From positions 1-58,797 of the IMG/VR virus record IMGVR_UViG_3300048837_000207: a DNA stretch of 58,797 nt; one strand, 5' to 3'. The notes beneath the pieces were generated by a model, which worked only from the letters and a program-made list of their open reading frames with translations, made no database searches and was not told where the DNA came from. Shown piece after piece: positions 32,001 to 39,093 of this stretch (the first letter of the stretch is position 1; every line of letters starts with the position of its first letter). The DNA comes from a virus (Duplodnaviria; Caudoviricetes). The position numbers were made by a program, and so were the translations under genes.

Positions 32001-33840
32001 TGCGTTCGCGTTCTACGCCAAGTCGTCGTCCTACTACACCGCCCAGCTCCGCTACGGCCACGTCATGGCGACGGCCAAGCGGGAGATGGACGAGTTCGTC
32101 AAGAAGAACCGCGAGCAGCCGGGGGACCGGCACTCCACAATCATGCTGCGAAAGCTGGTTGACGAGCTGGAGATTCGGGACAATCAGGCCGCCGACATCC
32201 ACGACCTGCCGAAGTTCATCCGGCGCTCGGTCGAGTACGGCCAGTTCATGCTGCTCACCAGCCCGTCGTACTGGCTGATCAACGCTACGCAGCCGTGGAT
32301 GGTTACGGTGCCGTGGCTGGCAGGCTACACGTCTACCCTTAATGCGGTGAACGAGCTGAAGAAGGCGCAGAACCTGATCATCCACCCGCTCCTCAAAGAG
32401 TCGGTGAAGTCCTACGGCGGCTTCAAGGCCCTGTGGTCCAAGACGACCGCAGAGGATGCCTTCACCGTCGTCGAGAAGGTTGTGGACGACATCGCCAAGA
32501 GCGACCACCCGCGCAAGGCCGACCTGCTCCGCATGATCGAGTCGCTGAAGCAGGCGTCGATCATCGACCTGTCGTTCGTGGCCGAGCTGCGGCAGATCGC
32601 AGTGGGCGAGGACAGCAAGATGGCTGACGCCGTCCTCGATGCCTCGCGGATCATGGCGCACCTGACCGAGGTCAACAACCGCCTGATGGTCTCGATCGCG
32701 GCCTACGAGATCTACCGCAAGCAGGGGCAGAGCCACGAGGACGCGGTCCAGTTCGCCAAGCAGGCCGTGGCCAAGACCCAGTTCGACTACTCGGCGCAGA
32801 ACAAGCCTCGCCTGTTCAGCGCCAACGACGCTGCGTGGAAGCCGCTGGTGTTCCAGTTCATGCAGTACGCTCAGCACATGTATGTCACGATGTTCGAGCA
32901 GGTCGCGAAGCTCGTGCGCAACGAGAACTTCGGCGATCGGAAGCGGGCGGCGCGGATCCTCGGCGGCATGCTCGGGACCCACATGATCGCTGGCGGTATC
33001 GTTGGCATGACGATCCAGCCGATCAAGTGGGCCTTCGGCCTGCTCATGGTGGCGTTCGGCGATGACGACGAGGACAACACGTTCCGCAATGCTGTGTCGG
33101 GCGAGACCTACGACCGCGCCATCGCCGATGCACTGGCGGCCATCTTCGGCACCAACAAGGTGTCGGAGGTCCTGCGGGCCGGGGCGCCGCGTGCGCTTGG
33201 CTTCGACGTGTCGAACCGCATGGCCTTGGGCCAGCTCTACATGGCCGACATCAACCCGAAGAACGCCGAGACCCTCGCTGGCTCGATCGCGATGAGCTTC
33301 CTCGGCCCGATGCCGAATCTTGTCGGCAACCTGTATCAGGCATCGCAGAAGTTCGCCGAGGGAGACCTCGATCGCGCTGCCGAGCTGGCGTCACCGAAGA
33401 TGATCCGCGATGTGATCCGCGCCTACCGTTTCGCGAACGAAGGTGTAACGGACAACACCGGCAAGGTCATCATGACCCCGAGCCAGCTTGACCCGGTGTC
33501 CCTGTTCTGGCAGTCGATGGGCTTCAGCCCGTCGCAGGTGGCTGAGCTGTATGCTCGGAACTCCGCTGTCAAGGACCGGCAGATGTTTGCGAACACTCGC
33601 AAGGCCGAGGTCATGAAGATGCAGCGGATGGTTCGCGTTACCGGGAACTACCGCGATGCGCAGCAGGCCCTGCGGGAGTACAATCGTCAGTTCCCCGAGA
33701 ACCCCATCACGTTCGCCGAAGTCGTGCGGAGCCTGACCGGCCAGCGCGAGGACGAGCGGACAGTGCAGCGGCTTGGTGCTACGCTTGGCGAACGCGAGCG
33801 TGCCTACGCTCGTGAAGGCAAGCCCTACAACGTGGAGTGA
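23008..33840 (+). CDS. giant (3610 aa) polyvalent internal virion protein: lysozyme-like N-terminus, zincin HExxH domain, PLxRFG-like region
   Basis: RGIRNNNPGNIR...FATPEHGMRA; LLHEMVH...EFVAEA; YFPKRRFGDYVV; C-terminal AVAKTQFDYS...FQFMQY. Confidence 0.8.
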   Translation: MASLEEVLAQINGSGPDLTTPEDVIQGQAGSVGGPDLPRGIRNNNPGNIRRSAIPWEGKVEGTDTAFETFATPEHGMRALEKNLTTYQTKHGLDTPRKIIGRWAPPTENDTGAYVNAVAQALGVGPDDPINVQDPAVMQRLRDAIIQHENGQNPYAGGAAAPTAAPASPGVDVAGARQRAIGTRETMESARDSIGTSEDYNTLLQGAAGLLKGAAPGGSVSAGDYGKSAVASLGSLGSMLAGAGEYASQQLGAGEGTGNEAWRSLSPMFAAMRETTDAFTQEWLDKRSDEAKERAARQFTTLDPDQTIWQGGMGEFVSSIALKGAESLAPTIVPLGGAALLGRLSVVAASTVLGGSEAVLSMGAAAADMADAVREAPIEELMSSPQFQTRLKEAGGNEVAAREAFINDVQGWSPIITGAIVGLTAKIVGRSFDEIFSPDKGLGLFKRTGVGFTSEATQEAGQSAAEQVAQNVARRVYNSDTGVWDGVLEASLQGAAVGGPMGGGMAAAFGTRPQPVKPKEQAVPDDIAAAVNPVPVGAPTVPDTTAIPVPNVDPTGTMNAPEQEGMFAGIGPQTWTDMGGGEPPPPPSGGGPGTPGMSFGNEQVARAIDTAPLSAIQGTEPPPRAGQYPGFAANIPGPQDPFDTTGMETVEPPPPPMPPNAGPQLDPDTLPFVPPEAPAQGEPPVPYQPAQEDQVLLEGQPPDKTSRQQVGWRVRRLDRQGNVIASKLMGKEEAANGMAEVWRKESEAKGTGDTIEVLPARQTVLGDRSPEAESVGDYMAQLDDLQSEDRRGVYISKKGLAHLKAVGKLDEVLGRGVPIRNFDNLGGIMVAKGGAAARELIELKETDAGSLDEIIGYATTAGRGKPVGKDSLVAQKVDEDLNVVRERLISPAEKQQVIEEWGEDVRFVRPEKALADRKARVAADRKPVQSQDVAQSKEKVGELFTGPVIGGDKARAEALVEQDPDITEDEVGEKLIQSAAVTAKAERERRKFGDLPAPEDVYFRGKEVTQAARTAQSAGKTKAELEAQKAELEATPLSPLEDAKTRQETLTRISDAIYEANRDVQKAAGTVTGTKDVAAQRQQEYRDLYGKLVDAAIRVEIQQDMGSDQDATEAQAAYDQALEDIKLFMQVEGAYTRGEALADAAMRFSPKARKKVFARTQAAKENKRDLTAVEKAVEQGFRARPDEVTTDEMSPKEARAAGKLRNTGEQVVSDTVSAENVARAARVSALSAAELGKVKLHTKRLEAAAKKLEGMLTDPETRYLVRRWLGEYMLAMRRNTPAEQRNVKTNRNWAWHGRAGRVTEMVGNLFGENVTAATQQKGLENVATRVVKLASRANRLGIGAEMDPTGFILAIESGKASELEAFLTEQVTPLEDTGFPSDLTKDALEAMDPGTLNTLYVRAVNFMDAERTPDVVRAFMVRGVKKWLGRRFSTGEVNVNEDRNVRTGEKAVPATFKERDAKGNVTKEWEPAPRFVSARQLYNELISGSSSMQGTGGDKRMPLDQLKELYALAVEESKSAAKAKDRLPERPMGLYRNKLLRRVAKSDKVEDILRASAKAGKQKVGTGGTQLTRTTTDKATPDKYTKAESKYSPGVLLNNDPPRELKGKAKEEHEAKQRQAISEMAREDVAFDEFLTKLEKNRDFAAIASEVDGKGRMTERARLARNAQTYATWLSLYLGSFVKLNEAQQLQNPKVLDEVLQLVEDLRNIRNLPMKNFITQLGGAFGVEMAAQEKRARGAINNALDKRNPQDKGQWMAASLARLGATEAALDRLNEQWKNSEEYVEIIQPILANIRKALIRDKWYSYELTDDEQDAVSWLFAKWSRNEEWMNRLTKKQREAIEKLPFDQTLKDELYDPLSKQLAATGFPNRDVALEKKFVKRFGKDAGTPRERVLEGDVVYRLDADGNRIPTITGKEVGGAWALPDDPNTPENQLADRIREASLPPEQRARAREEALVNMTDEEADKLPAGRKEERQRLLTESKATRYAAQLQKVQDLMQEFRDYVSGNLRNVTAAAINAAESRMIEALRDLGAWKDISKKDGTGTIKLPDAESVMRQIEKLTADMRALEAEYGYHRVAVRDSKGKPTGETKLLFIGGERTDAKGRLVGQDPKYLKQWDKLAEEMNDAQAQLALLPRGPKFKTEAITYRRLGDRLVQGLVTKAQVAENAAVLKLRRFMTEIERQLTLGLPKTPQPRKSAWKGLPLDENDKPLDPPRKLTEKEELARAKAEARESLANQQEPLPFEVAQAVNRLSGKLNLDLTAMSGDAAAPTANESEAYSAITTALANAPEGATMGDVVADLQSSLERDHPYQPLLAKLARFPEIAATNVRFVELIPGTKGNGVGRLVLDSENKPRIILSRKWFGANGLNPVEGLHALLHEMVHAATVGNIIGPMYGNRELRNRIDTLRKIAREKFGDRFDYATSDVYEFVAEAYTNAEFQRALKDYKAAELAKSSLWNRFVNIVRTFMGLDTEFTDLLDAVMTITTDTFGPTPFDKYSKRVVDLEGAGLNLGVDTFLDKHVTPVTNALKDRAKLRADMVREGTTALNRLAEAGRRFMVKSLTVRQLHDFFVNEFGGKDGALAKWFAAWEARNASATHELGVADKLSRRWTLLRDADPEAEVRLSEVMHDATTYGMHIDEAFPSAAAFQAKANLAALKASKARKAYEEAKVVFDATYGKQPNIHLEESQRGDYDKIRAEWDKLTPEAQALYKEVRNYYRETIDRESRLMMLNAIRSSKLYDGEFTLTENDIDFEKINEGEGGINGWLQRTLGIDIAADKKAIEKLKESLKTDSATLTKDQIRARKQALRLTQIDLAEEIDQLRIVAKMASIPRLKKGPYFPKRRFGDYVVRAEKLIEVKRFANRPEANAWKHEQQLKDPTIQFKEKRHEDGTMDVAAIEVEFRTGETYTEAANAREELIRIYGKDAVTDIDTKSNQFARDASIPSNAALQALLGKLEGNPGAQAALRNFYLQTLSDKSFRKNEIKRKNIRGADAANQQRAFAFYAKSSSYYTAQLRYGHVMATAKREMDEFVKKNREQPGDRHSTIMLRKLVDELEIRDNQAADIHDLPKFIRRSVEYGQFMLLTSPSYWLINATQPWMVTVPWLAGYTSTLNAVNELKKAQNLIIHPLLKESVKSYGGFKALWSKTTAEDAFTVVEKVVDDIAKSDHPRKADLLRMIESLKQASIIDLSFVAELRQIAVGEDSKMADAVLDASRIMAHLTEVNNRLMVSIAAYEIYRKQGQSHEDAVQFAKQAVAKTQFDYSAQNKPRLFSANDAAWKPLVFQFMQYAQHMYVTMFEQVAKLVRNENFGDRKRAARILGGMLGTHMIAGGIVGMTIQPIKWAFGLLMVAFGDDDEDNTFRNAVSGETYDRAIADALAAIFGTNKVSEVLRAGAPRALGFDVSNRMALGQLYMADINPKNAETLAGSIAMSFLGPMPNLVGNLYQASQKFAEGDLDRAAELASPKMIRDVIRAYRFANEGVTDNTGKVIMTPSQLDPVSLFWQSMGFSPSQVAELYARNSAVKDRQMFANTRKAEVMKMQRMVRVTGNYRDAQQALREYNRQFPENPITFAEVVRSLTGQREDERTVQRLGATLGERERAYAREGKPYNVE

Positions 33841-33842
33841 TC

Positions 33843-34100
33843 ATGGCACGCGACTACAAGAAAGAGTACGCCAATTACCACAGCAAGCCGGAGCAGAAGC
33901 ACAACCGTGCCCTGCGCAACGCGGCCCGCCGCGAAATGGCCGAGAAGGGCATGGTGCGAAAGGGCGACGGCAAGGACGTGGACCACAAGAAGCCGCTGGA
34001 TCAGGGTGGGTCGAACCATCCGTCTAACTGGCGGGTGCAGGATCGGTCGAAGAACCGGGGGTTCGCGAGAGACTCAAAGGGTCAGCCCAAGTCGCGCTGA
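33843..34100 (+). CDS. small HNH endonuclease
   Basis: DVDHKKPLDQGGSN..SNWRV...KNR. Confidence 0.8.
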   Translation: MARDYKKEYANYHSKPEQKHNRALRNAARREMAEKGMVRKGDGKDVDHKKPLDQGGSNHPSNWRVQDRSKNRGFARDSKGQPKSR

Positions 34101-36951
34101 CTTCCATCGCGTTGATACGCGGCCCCGCGTACCGGGTTCCGACGCCAAGGATGCACCGCATCTTCTTGGCGTGCAGGTCCTTGATCAACTGGTCGATCGC
34201 ACCGTAGGTCGGCAGCTCCTTGTGGGAGAGCCAGACCATGAAGTCGCGAGTCGAGAACCGAATCAGCTTGTCATTGACGGCGTACACTACTGATGCTTTC
34301 TCCGAGCGTGGCGACTCCTTGATCTCCGGCATGTAGTCTTTCGGCGGGCGCCCAGCGGGGAGCATGACCGTACGGGGATTGGATACCGTCTTGCCGCCGA
34401 CACCGCCAGTGATCGGATGCGAAGTGTGGAACCTGTCGATGACCAACATGCGATCGCCGCGATCGCGCAGGTAGTCGGCGAAGATCTCCACCATCGTGTG
34501 TTCCTCTGCCATCGTCGTCGTGCGGCTGCGCAGGTGTTCCGTATTCGTGATCAGAAACTTGCGCAGGGTCTCGATGTCGATGTGGCACAGGTCCAGCTTG
34601 CGGGCGATCGCGGCTCCTACCAGCAGCAGGGAAGTGATGCCGACCCAGAAGCGGTCCTGCGACTGCATGTCCTTACCGATGTGCAGGTACATACCCTGCA
34701 CCGCAGTACGAATCTCATCGACGTGGGTCGCGAGGTACTGGGCGTAGACACGCCCCGCGTGACCATAATTGTTCTTGAGGTTTTCGAACAGCAGCGTGAT
34801 CTCGGCGGGTGACTTGGAGGACCTCGGGGCCTCGGTCATTTCCAGTTCGAACACACGCGCCGTGCCAGCATCGCTGCCAGTGGTACGCCGCGCCATCGCT
34901 TCGAAAATCGACTCGTTCGACGCGGCAGTGACCATCGTCTCCCATGTGCCGGACCCGCGCAGGTTGGCCCCGGCGTCGAGGCGCGACTTCTCGCGGCCCT
35001 GCGAGAGCTGGAACACGAGCGTGGCGAACCCATCGACGGTGGTCTTGCCGCGCAGCTCGTCCCAATAGGCCGGGAGGTTGTTGAGGAAGCCGATCTTCTT
35101 CGCGACGGACTTCTGTGTGTCATCCACCGAGTTCATGGCGTGAACCGGCGAACCCCACACCGCCTGACTAAGCTTCAAGATCGACGATTTTCCCACACCG
35201 CTTGCAGTAGAAACGAGACTCAGCGTGCCGCCCTCGATGCCAACGAACTTCAACAGCGGAGCGGCAAAGGCAGCGGCAAGGACCGCTGTAAGTGCGGGGT
35301 GGTTCTGGTCGGTAACGAACTTGGCGACTTTTTTCCATTCCTCCAGATCTCCTCTCGGTTCATAGAGCTTCGCGAGCGCGGTGAACTCCCGCGACGGACG
35401 CACGTCATTACGAACGCGACCGTCCGAGTGGTAGACCGTCGGGCTGGTGGCGAAGCCAGTCAGCTTGTCGCCCGTGTAGATCCAGCCGAGCTGGTCCGTC
35501 ACGTCTGCCACCCGTCGGGCGTTCTGAATCTTCTCCAGCCAGCGTGCCATGAGTTCTCCGAAGGGGCCAACTTCCTTGGCGTTGAGTACGACACCGAAAC
35601 TCGCCAGCGTCTCCACCAGCTTGCGGTGGTTGCCAAGCATGCTCATCGGCAGGGTGACTGTCCACGTCTCGGTGTCCTTGAGTCTGATGTCCAGCAGCAT
35701 GTCGAACTCGCCAGTGGCGAGCGACTTCACGGGCCTGAAGTTGGAGGGGATGTGCCGGAACATCCGGATCCACTCCTTCACGTTGTTCACAGGGTCGGTG
35801 AGCATCAGGCGCTCGATGCCCTTCTCGTCAGGGGCGACCCGCCACCCGGTGGGCAGGCCCATCATGTCCTGCATGCCTTCGTAGCCGACCTGCACCGGAG
35901 TCTTGATGAACCCGTTGTGCGGACACTTGGCGCACTTCTCAGGCCGGTACGTTTCGAAGGTCTTGCACAGCGTAGGGCCTGCGCTGTTCGCCAGCCGCGC
36001 CTGCCACTTCGCCTCGGTGCCGGACTCGCTGTAGCCGGGGTGGCCGCAGGAGATCCGGTGGGCGTAGTCGGCGGCGTCCTCGCAGTGCTTCAGGAGCTGG
36101 AGGTAGGCCATCCACTCAGGCTCGGAGCAAGCTTCACCCTTGGTCTCCAGAACCCATGCGCTCGCGGCGCAGTGCTTGGTGATCTCAGCGAAGGTGGACG
36201 GCTTGGCCGGGGTACGCTCGCCGACCCCGCCGCCCAGATCGTCGTTGACGCTCGGCCCCACCTTGGGTGCCTTCCTACCCGATGTGGGCGCGAACGGTAG
36301 TAGTGCGATTTCCAGATCGTCTGGGGAATACCTTACACCACTGCTGTACAGAATCTCGACGGGCTTAGGGTTCGCGGGGTCCTTCCAGTTCTTGGAGCCG
36401 GGGACCCGCAGGACTCGTGCCGAGTCGGCGGTGATGCTGTGGTCGGCCTTGAGGTCGAGGGCCTTGCAGGCTTCCTTCAGAGCGCCTGAGAGGCTCTGCC
36501 AGCGTTCCTGAGTCAGGTACTCATCGAAGGGCCAGTACGTGTGGATCCCGTTGCCCGAGTGAACCACGATCGACGGGGGCGGCATCTTGGCCGACCGGCA
36601 GAACTCGACCACAGCCACGATGGCTTCCTTGTGGTCCGAGTACCCCTGCTTGAAGTCGATGTCGAGCCAGAGCGCGGCCAGCTCCTGCACGTTGTCGTGG
36701 ACCCGGACAACTTTTTTGCCCTTTTCATTCTGGTGAAAGCCTTGCTTGTACGATGCAAGGGCAAAGTAGAGATTCTGCTGGCCCTCGGCCATCGCCGTAG
36801 CCTTGGCCACCGCCTCCTCATGGGAAGCGCAGACCGTGTGGTTCCACGACATGAAGGTGGAACCGTCCGGTCTCGTCTTTGGCGCCGGTCGGGCAAGGAT
36901 GATCTTGCCGCCCGCAGGCACTACTGCATCAAGGAATTCCTGAAGATCCAT
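34024..36951 (-). CDS. DNA primase-helicase (AEP/RepB-like primase fused to DUF927-like and P-loop domains)
   Basis: LWLDIDF, VHSGNGIHTYW, ARVLRVPGSKN; QLGW; Walker A SGVGKS; AYWDE. Confidence 0.85.
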   Translation of the reverse strand: MDLQEFLDAVVPAGGKIILARPAPKTRPDGSTFMSWNHTVCASHEEAVAKATAMAEGQQNLYFALASYKQGFHQNEKGKKVVRVHDNVQELAALWLDIDFKQGYSDHKEAIVAVVEFCRSAKMPPPSIVVHSGNGIHTYWPFDEYLTQERWQSLSGALKEACKALDLKADHSITADSARVLRVPGSKNWKDPANPKPVEILYSSGVRYSPDDLEIALLPFAPTSGRKAPKVGPSVNDDLGGGVGERTPAKPSTFAEITKHCAASAWVLETKGEACSEPEWMAYLQLLKHCEDAADYAHRISCGHPGYSESGTEAKWQARLANSAGPTLCKTFETYRPEKCAKCPHNGFIKTPVQVGYEGMQDMMGLPTGWRVAPDEKGIERLMLTDPVNNVKEWIRMFRHIPSNFRPVKSLATGEFDMLLDIRLKDTETWTVTLPMSMLGNHRKLVETLASFGVVLNAKEVGPFGELMARWLEKIQNARRVADVTDQLGWIYTGDKLTGFATSPTVYHSDGRVRNDVRPSREFTALAKLYEPRGDLEEWKKVAKFVTDQNHPALTAVLAAAFAAPLLKFVGIEGGTLSLVSTASGVGKSSILKLSQAVWGSPVHAMNSVDDTQKSVAKKIGFLNNLPAYWDELRGKTTVDGFATLVFQLSQGREKSRLDAGANLRGSGTWETMVTAASNESIFEAMARRTTGSDAGTARVFELEMTEAPRSSKSPAEITLLFENLKNNYGHAGRVYAQYLATHVDEIRTAVQGMYLHIGKDMQSQDRFWVGITSLLLVGAAIARKLDLCHIDIETLRKFLITNTEHLRSRTTTMAEEHTMVEIFADYLRDRGDRMLVIDRFHTSHPITGGVGGKTVSNPRTVMLPAGRPPKDYMPEIKESPRSEKASVVYAVNDKLIRFSTRDFMVWLSHKELPTYGAIDQLIKDLHAKKMRCILGVGTRYAGPRINAMEVSATWADPLSLSRTPGSSTDPAPAS

Positions 36952-36967
36952 CGCGCCCCCGCGAAAG

Positions 36968-36993
36968 TGAGGGGGAGGTTTCCCTCCCCCTCA
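36968..36993 (-). terminator. GAAA-capped hairpin after SSB-like gene (weak terminator or processing site)
   Basis: Minus strand TGAGGGGGAGG-GAAA-CCTCCCCCTCA then CTTT. Confidence 0.45.
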
Positions 36994-37005
36994 GAGCCAC
37001 ACCTA

Positions 37006-38154
37006 CTACTTGCCGCCGAGCAGGCTTTCGAGGATGTCGTCGAACCCACCCTTCGCTGCGGGGGCGGCAGCGGGAGCAGGCGCGTCATCCTCGTCAGCCG
37101 CCGGAGCCGGAGCAGGGGCGGAGGGCTTGGTTGCGGCCTTCTTCTTGGCCTTCTTGGCGGCGGCTGCTGCGGCCTTCGCTGCAGCAAGGGCAGCCTCGGC
37201 AGCAGCAGTGCCGTCATCGTCCTCATCCTCGTCATCCGTCGGCTCGACCACGGGGGCGAGCGGAGCGGCCACGGTCGGCACGTCCTCGTCATCGACGGGG
37301 CGGGGCTTCGGCTTGGAGGGAGCCTTGACGGGAGCCGGGGTCGCTTCTGGGGCCGGAGCCGCTGCATCGCCCTCCCCGGTAGTTCCCGCCGAGGCATAGT
37401 CGGGTTCCTCGGAGAGGATGTGTTCGACCTCGGGGCTGTCGCGCAGCTCCTCGATCGTGGCGTACTCCTCTTCCGTCAGGAACCGGGGGTGATCGTCCTC
37501 GTCCGTGGAGACCCGGAACGTCAGCTTCGGGTGCGAGGCACCAGAGTCGAAGCCAACCTGAGTCGCCACGGCGTAGTACTCCACGCCCGCAGGGCCGAGG
37601 ACCTTCTCGGCGTAGTCCTTCAGCGGGTTCAGCGAGGCGGGCGGGATCCGCATCAGGAATACGTGCGCGTCGGCGCCCTTCTTCGCCAGCTCGTCGGCGA
37701 ACACCACCGCCATGCGGCGAACGTCGCTGCACTCGCGCCCCTTCTTGCCCTGCTCGGTGATGCGGCTCCCCCACGCATTGCGGGGGCAGGTCGCGCAGAC
37801 CGTGTGCTGCTTGTTCTGCACGGCAGCGTCAGGCTTCACGCCATCGCTCGACCAGCAGTCCGGCGGCGAGTTGTCGCCCTCCTGCCACTTGCCCTTGTAG
37901 TAGGTCTTGGACAGGTTCTTGTTCGACTTCACGAACACCACGTCGATGGACGGGACGGCGTTGCCACGGCGATCGAGGAAATCGACCTCGGTGCCGCCCT
38001 TGCGGACGCGCCACACCTTGCCACGGTAGCTGATGATCGGGAACCCGGCGGTGACGCCAGAGGCCAGCTCACTGGCGACGGCGCGAGCCTGCTCGGGGGA
38101 CTTCCGCAGGTGGAAGGGAAGCTGGTTCTTGTTCAACGGGACGAGATTGGTCAT
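37006..38154 (-). CDS. putative single-stranded DNA-binding/annealing protein
   Basis: PDCWSSDG, CATCPRNAWGS, GRECSDVRR; long acidic/Ala-rich C-terminal tail; position in replication module. Confidence 0.6.
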   Translation of the reverse strand: MTNLVPLNKNQLPFHLRKSPEQARAVASELASGVTAGFPIISYRGKVWRVRKGGTEVDFLDRRGNAVPSIDVVFVKSNKNLSKTYYKGKWQEGDNSPPDCWSSDGVKPDAAVQNKQHTVCATCPRNAWGSRITEQGKKGRECSDVRRMAVVFADELAKKGADAHVFLMRIPPASLNPLKDYAEKVLGPAGVEYYAVATQVGFDSGASHPKLTFRVSTDEDDHPRFLTEEEYATIEELRDSPEVEHILSEEPDYASAGTTGEGDAAAPAPEATPAPVKAPSKPKPRPVDDEDVPTVAAPLAPVVEPTDDEDEDDDGTAAAEAALAAAKAAAAAAKKAKKKAATKPSAPAPAPAADEDDAPAPAAAPAAKGGFDDILESLLGGK

Positions 38155-38558
38155 GAGGCCCTCCGGACTCCAACAGTGTGTACAGACGTGAACTTGACGC
38201 CGGGGACTTCCTCCCCAGCCTCCAGCAACTCGCGCACGGCGACCTTGTTCGCCTTCAGATCGACGGCGTCCCACTTGCCAGTGGATTCGACCCACTCGCG
38301 GAATACCGCGCGATCCTGAACGGTGGCGCTGTGCTGCGTGTTGCGGTAGACGGTGCCTGCATCGCAGGACAGGGAGTCGGCACCCAGCTCTTCGAGCTTC
38401 GTCAGGAGGATGCCTTCCAGCTTCTCCATACCCTGATTGGTGCGCTCCATCGACTTCTTGAACTCGGCTTCTGCGGCCTTCTTGGCATCGCGCAGGCCGA
38501 TGTAGATCGCCACCAGTTCGGCGGGTGGACGATCAGCGACGGGTTTCGTGCTGCTCAT
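38151..38558 (-). CDS. replication-module protein (Gp157/Gam-like coiled coil)
   Basis: YIGLRD coiled coil, GTVY, EVPGV; GAGGAG RBS. Confidence 0.55.
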   Translation of the reverse strand: MSSTKPVADRPPAELVAIYIGLRDAKKAAEAEFKKSMERTNQGMEKLEGILLTKLEELGADSLSCDAGTVYRNTQHSATVQDRAVFREWVESTGKWDAVDLKANKVAVRELLEAGEEVPGVKFTSVHTVGVRRAS

Positions 38559-39093
38559 GTGGTCTCCTCTTTGTGGACTGTAATCTTTTTCTGGAAACGA
38601 TCGCCCGTGCGATCCGCATCATCAGCTCGTCGTCTCCACTACCACGCATCGCGTTCACTGCGTGCAGTACCAGCCTGCAGTTACGCGGGGTGTACCCCTT
38701 ACTTGGGTCTATCCTATCTACCGTTGCCGACAGTGGACCTATGACTCCATGTCCGGGGCAGAAAGCAAGACCAGTAATAGCACACCCGCGCTGGTAGTTC
38801 AACTCAAACCACTTCGCAGTAAGCGCGTACGGTATGTTGCGCTTTTTTGCATTGCTACGTTTGGCGTTCTCGATGGTTTTCCAAGGGCGTCTACGTCTCA
38901 GCGAGCGATACTCGGCTGCCGGATCGGCAGCCCTTCTAGCGGAACGCTTGGCGTGCTGAGCGGCTTTCGTTCTTTCGTAGTACGCCTTCACGTAGCGGCG
39001 TCGGCCCGGAGTCTTTGCGTATTTCCGCTCCCACTCCAACCTATGCGCTAAGTTCTCGCTGCGCCACTCCCCCTGCCTACTCGAAGAGTTCAA
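38533..39093 (-). CDS. free-standing HNH-like (His-Me finger) homing endonuclease
   Basis: CAITG...VDRIDPSKGY...NCRLV...VNAMRG; lower GC than flanks; start uncertain. Confidence 0.7.
   Translation of the reverse strand: MNSSSRQGEWRSENLAHRLEWERKYAKTPGRRRYVKAYYERTKAAQHAKRSARRAADPAAEYRSLRRRRPWKTIENAKRSNAKKRNIPYALTAKWFELNYQRGCAITGLAFCPGHGVIGPLSATVDRIDPSKGYTPRNCRLVLHAVNAMRGSGDDELMMRIARAIVSRKRLQSTKRRPHEQHETRR

Noticed and set aside
22927-32982. Long antisense ORFs (828, 683 and 1383 aa) and similar shadow ORFs elsewhere
   Set aside because: Expected from high-GC codon bias opposite real genes; no motifs or RBS
23008-33840. Giant ORF as an N4-like or crAss-like virion RNA polymerase
   Set aside because: The size fits, but I found neither single-subunit RNAP motifs A/B/C nor a DxDxD catalytic motif; the recognisable motifs are those of polyvalent ejection proteins
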